A stretch of 64,000 bases of DNA. Source: an uncultured Actinomycetes bacterium (lineage in GTDB: Bacteria; Actinomycetota; Thermoleophilia; UBA2241). Under the pieces are notes generated by a model. That model was not told the origin of the DNA. It worked only from the letters and a program-made list of their open reading frames with translations, and did no database searches. Positions 60,661 to 64,000 of this stretch are shown piece after piece. How positions within the stretch are numbered: position 1 is the stretch's first letter; the number at the start of each line of letters is the position of its first letter. Location: NCBI GenBank assembly GCA_963755025.1, contig CAVWIH010000027.1, positions 23,068-87,067 of the forward strand, in the 5' to 3' direction. A program made the translations under genes and the position numbers.

Positions 60661-62190
60661 TCACTCGGTGGCAGAACCGGGGCCGATTGCGGCGAGCTTC
60701 GCACCTTGCTCTTGCTCCTCGCGGCGAGCCCGGATCAAAACGGCGACCGCCAGACCGAGGAGGATGGCCATGGGCGGAAACTTGATGGCCGTGCTGGGCC
60801 CGATCATGGCGATTGTGAATCCGGCCAGCGAGACCGCCGTGGCAAGCCCCAGGTAGCGCAGCAGCGGGTCGCGCGCCCATCGCGCGACGCGCACCATCGA
60901 GCGCAGCGCCATGAGGTAGATCGTGATGAAGATCAGCAGGGCCGGCAGACCACCGTCGACGAACACCTCGAGCCACCAGTCGTGCACGTTGACGATCGTG
61001 AACTGCAGATTCTGGCGGCCGACGACCGTCTCGGCGTTGCCCGGCCCGACACCCAGAAAGTAGCGCGTGGCGGCGGCGTGCAGGCCGGCGATCTGCAGGT
61101 CGAAACGCACACCGCCGCTGCCCTGGCCGCTGCGCACCTCGCCTGCGATCTTGGTGAGCGTGAACTTGCCGAAGGTGCTGCCGCCGTGCCCTGACAGAAG
61201 GACTCCGGCTCCGAGCACGACGACGACGACCAATACAACGGCGCCGCGGCGCACCCGCGGGGTGCCGTGCGCCACTACCACGATTACCACGATCACGGTC
61301 TCAAGACCGAACGTCAGCAGACTGGCGCGCGATCCCGAGAACAGCAGCGCGGCGGTGCTGGCAAGCACCGCAGCGACGGTGAGGGCGGTCGTGGCCCGCG
61401 TCCGTCGCCAGGCGGGCAGCAGCAAGACGAACGGCCAGCACAGCGCGAGGTACGTGGCGAAGTCGTTGGTGTTGTAGAAGAAGGCTTCCGGAGACCGAGG
61501 ATGGGCGCGAGAAGGATTAGCAGAAGGCAGATGGATGTGGAGGGTCCACTCAGCGGTGGCGACCAGCAGCGCGAGACCCAAGACGAGGGCCAGTCCGAGC
61601 AGCAGGCCCCGTAGCCGCCGACGGCTCGTGCCGGCGCTGGCCGCTGCGACGGCGATCGCACCCAGCTCGGCGAACAGCAGCAGGTAGTGCAGACCCGCCT
61701 GCCGGTCGGGCGCCCAGGCCAGCGTGATCACAAGCCAGGCAAACCAGGCGGCGTAGAGCGCCGCGAAGGTCGGCGCCTCCAGGCGCCAGCGTCGACGGAC
61801 GACGATGAGCCAGGGCGCACCGACTAAAACGATCAGGATTAGCACCATGCGCAGCGCAAAGAACGACCGGAGATGCGGGAAAGCGGCCACAGGGCCGATG
61901 ATGGCAAGCCCCGGCACAGCCATGACGGCTGCCGCCAGCAGGCGGCGCACGGACAGCCTGGCGAGCCTGCGGCGAACGACGGCAAGGACGCAGATGATCA
62001 GCGCGGCCAGCGGCAGGCCGACTGCAACTTCGAGATGCCGGTGCGAGGCGTGGCCGCGCAGGGCGAAGGCGGTGAGAGCTGCCGCCGCGACGGCTCCGAC
62101 CAGCAGCGCGCCGACCAGAAGCACTCTGTTTGCGGGCTGCGACGGTGTTCGGGGCGCGGCCTGTGCGCCACCAGGGTGCTTCTCTGTCAT
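60661..62190 (-). CDS. O-antigen ligase/polymerase family protein (TuaE-like)
   Basis: FYNTNDFA, SGSRAS, GVGPGN, NVHDWWLEVFVDGG. Confidence 0.82.
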   Translation of the reverse strand: MTEKHPGGAQAAPRTPSQPANRVLLVGALLVGAVAAAALTAFALRGHASHRHLEVAVGLPLAALIICVLAVVRRRLARLSVRRLLAAAVMAVPGLAIIGPVAAFPHLRSFFALRMVLILIVLVGAPWLIVVRRRWRLEAPTFAALYAAWFAWLVITLAWAPDRQAGLHYLLLFAELGAIAVAAASAGTSRRRLRGLLLGLALVLGLALLVATAEWTLHIHLPSANPSRAHPRSPEAFFYNTNDFATYLALCWPFVLLLPAWRRTRATTALTVAAVLASTAALLFSGSRASLLTFGLETVIVVIVVVAHGTPRVRRGAVVLVVVVVLGAGVLLSGHGGSTFGKFTLTKIAGEVRSGQGSGGVRFDLQIAGLHAAATRYFLGVGPGNAETVVGRQNLQFTIVNVHDWWLEVFVDGGLPALLIFITIYLMALRSMVRVARWARDPLLRYLGLATAVSLAGFTIAMIGPSTAIKFPPMAILLGLAVAVLIRARREEQEQGAKLAAIGPGSATE

Positions 62191-62482
62191 GCAGGCCTCC
62201 GCCCGATCGAACGAAGTGTCGACTCTACCGAAGTGGAGCGGTTTGAGCCAAGGGAGAACGCCCAAAGCCTGCAAGCGTGTCGCCACTTCACGGCTGGCCG
62301 AGCACGACGAGCTAAGGAGTAGCATGGTGAGCGACGAACGACCCTTTCGCGCTCAACGCTTATCGCGACGGCACTCCCTGCCGAACTCTTGAGGCTGCGG
62401 GTCCAAGACGAGCATCCCTGATGCGCACAAGGAGCCACGTCGATGTACGACAGCGGCGCAAGCACCGAACATCGAATCAGGC

Positions 62483-64000
62483 ATGTCACAGCCTGCCCTG
62501 ATCGGCTGCTGCGTGCTTCTGGCCGGCCTGGTTGGTATGGCTCGGCCGGCTCTCAGTGCACCTCAGCGCGACCCCTCCTTCAGCACCCTCGCCCAGCGCC
62601 AGGCCTCTACCCAGTTTGCCAAACTGGGCAAAGCTGTCTTCGATCCAAACGACCTGATCACGAACGTCAACTTCGGCGCGATCGACTCGCTGACAGAACC
62701 GGCCATCCAGGGTTTCCTGGCCGCCCAGACCGGTGTCCTCGATTCTTACGAGACAGGCGACCACAGCGGCGTCAAGCGCAGACGCCGCCGCGATCATCTG
62801 GGAGGCCGCCCGGGCCTGGAGGGTGAGCCCCAAGGTCATCCTCGCGACCCTCCAAAAAGAGCAGGGTCTTCTGAGCGCCACCTCACCCTCGGCGGACGCT
62901 CTTGACTGGGCCATGGGCTGCGGCTGTCCCGACTCGGGTTCGCGCGACACCGTCTACGAGGGCTTTGGCAAACAGGTCTGGTACGGCGCAGAGTCGCTGC
63001 ACGATGACGGCCAGGGCTGGTCGGCTGGCATCGCCAAGGTCTGCGGCGATGGCACCGTGCAACCAGCCAATGAGGCCAGCTATGCGCTTTACACCTACAC
63101 CCCCTGGATCGGTCTGGCCGGTGGCGGCAACAAGCTCTTCTGGACGCTCTACTGGCAGTATTTCGGTAACCCCCTAGCGATCGACACCACCGCACCGACG
63201 ACGACCGTCTCGGGCACCGACGGCCTCTGGCACGCCAAGGCAGTGACCTTGAGCTTCAGTGCCGCCGACAACCCGGGCGGCACCGGCGTCGCTTATACCG
63301 AGTACTCACTGGATCGCGGCCCTTGGGTGAAGGGCGCCAAGCTCACCCTGGCCGCTCCAGCCAACCACGCAGCCGACGGCATCCATAGCGTGCACTATCG
63401 CTCCGCCGATGACGCCGGCAACCTTGAAAAGGCGAAGAGCTGCACCGTGAAGATCGACACCACCCCGCCCACGACGAGCGTCTCGGGGGACGACGACCAC
63501 TGGCACAACAGGGCGGTGGTCCTGAGCTTCCACGCCGTCGACAGCGGCAGCGGTGTGGCCTGCACCGAGTTCAAACTCAACGGTAGCCCCTGGACGAAGG
63601 GGGCTGCCGTCACCGTCCCGGCGCCCGCCGACCATTCAGGCGACGGCAGCCATACGGTGCTTTATCGCTCCGCAGATGTCGTCGGCAACGTCGAGGCGAC
63701 CCAGAGCTGCGTCGTCAACATCGACACGCGCGCCCCGCGGCCCGTCGCCAGATGGGCGACGAGTGTGACGCGCGGCCACACGGCAAGCCTGTGGTACTTC
63801 GTCAACGATCCGCGGCCGGGCAGCCCGACCGCGACGGTCACAATCCGCATCGAAACGTCGGCTGGCCGCCTGGTGAGGAAGCTCGTGGAAAGCGACGTGG
63901 CCGTCGATAAGCGACTTGTGGCGACCTTTGTCTGTCGACTGAAGCGGGGGCACTATCGCTTCTTGGTCTATGCCACCGATGCCGCCGGCAACTCTCAGAG
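62483..64000 (+). CDS. Secreted protein with putative lysozyme-like N-domain and Ig-like repeats; frameshift near 62782, runs off the window
   Basis: Signal peptide; VSPKVILATLQKEQGL, AMGCGCPDS, YTYTPW; repeated DTTxPTTxVSGxD..WH...YRSADxxGNxE units. Confidence 0.7.

Overview
High-GC bacterial DNA, very probably Actinomycetota and possibly Thermoleophilia-like (inferred from gene content, leaderless promoters and PhoP/MprA-type boxes). Gene content points to an anaerobe or microaerophile. 1-10 kb is a tightly overlapping seven-gene heterodisulfide-reductase operon: hdrB, hdrL (HdrA with a GltD insert), mvhD, a ferredoxin, an hdrA-mvhD fusion, a compact hdrC-hdrB fusion and hdrC. Each module (A, B, C, MvhD) occurs twice in non-identical form, and no hydrogenase, Flx or Fdh genes are present in the operon; this is the best candidate for a novel system. 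10-50 kb holds core and accessory metabolism: nadA, Zn-ADH, Rid, a LolA-like/ABC operon, gluzincin, CapA, lgt, USP, a pseudo-HAD-GH65 fusion, an OmpR two-component system, a cysteine-desulfurase-like protein, homoserine dehydrogenase, amidase, fprA, acyl-CoA ligase, an ArgE/SDR/DMT/ornithine-cyclodeaminase cluster, MFS, tRNA-Asp and a diguanylate cyclase. A degenerate tRNA-Ile-like 3' fragment at about 50.7 kb marks the edge of a visibly less GC-rich surface-polysaccharide region (GT4, GT-C mannosyltransferase, ACP plus decayed ACP, two O-antigen-ligase-like proteins, ABC flippase, M23-like protein, Ig-repeat secreted protein). About nine genes carry single-base frameshifts, most likely assembly indels. 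All family calls come from motif recognition by eye; no database search was run.
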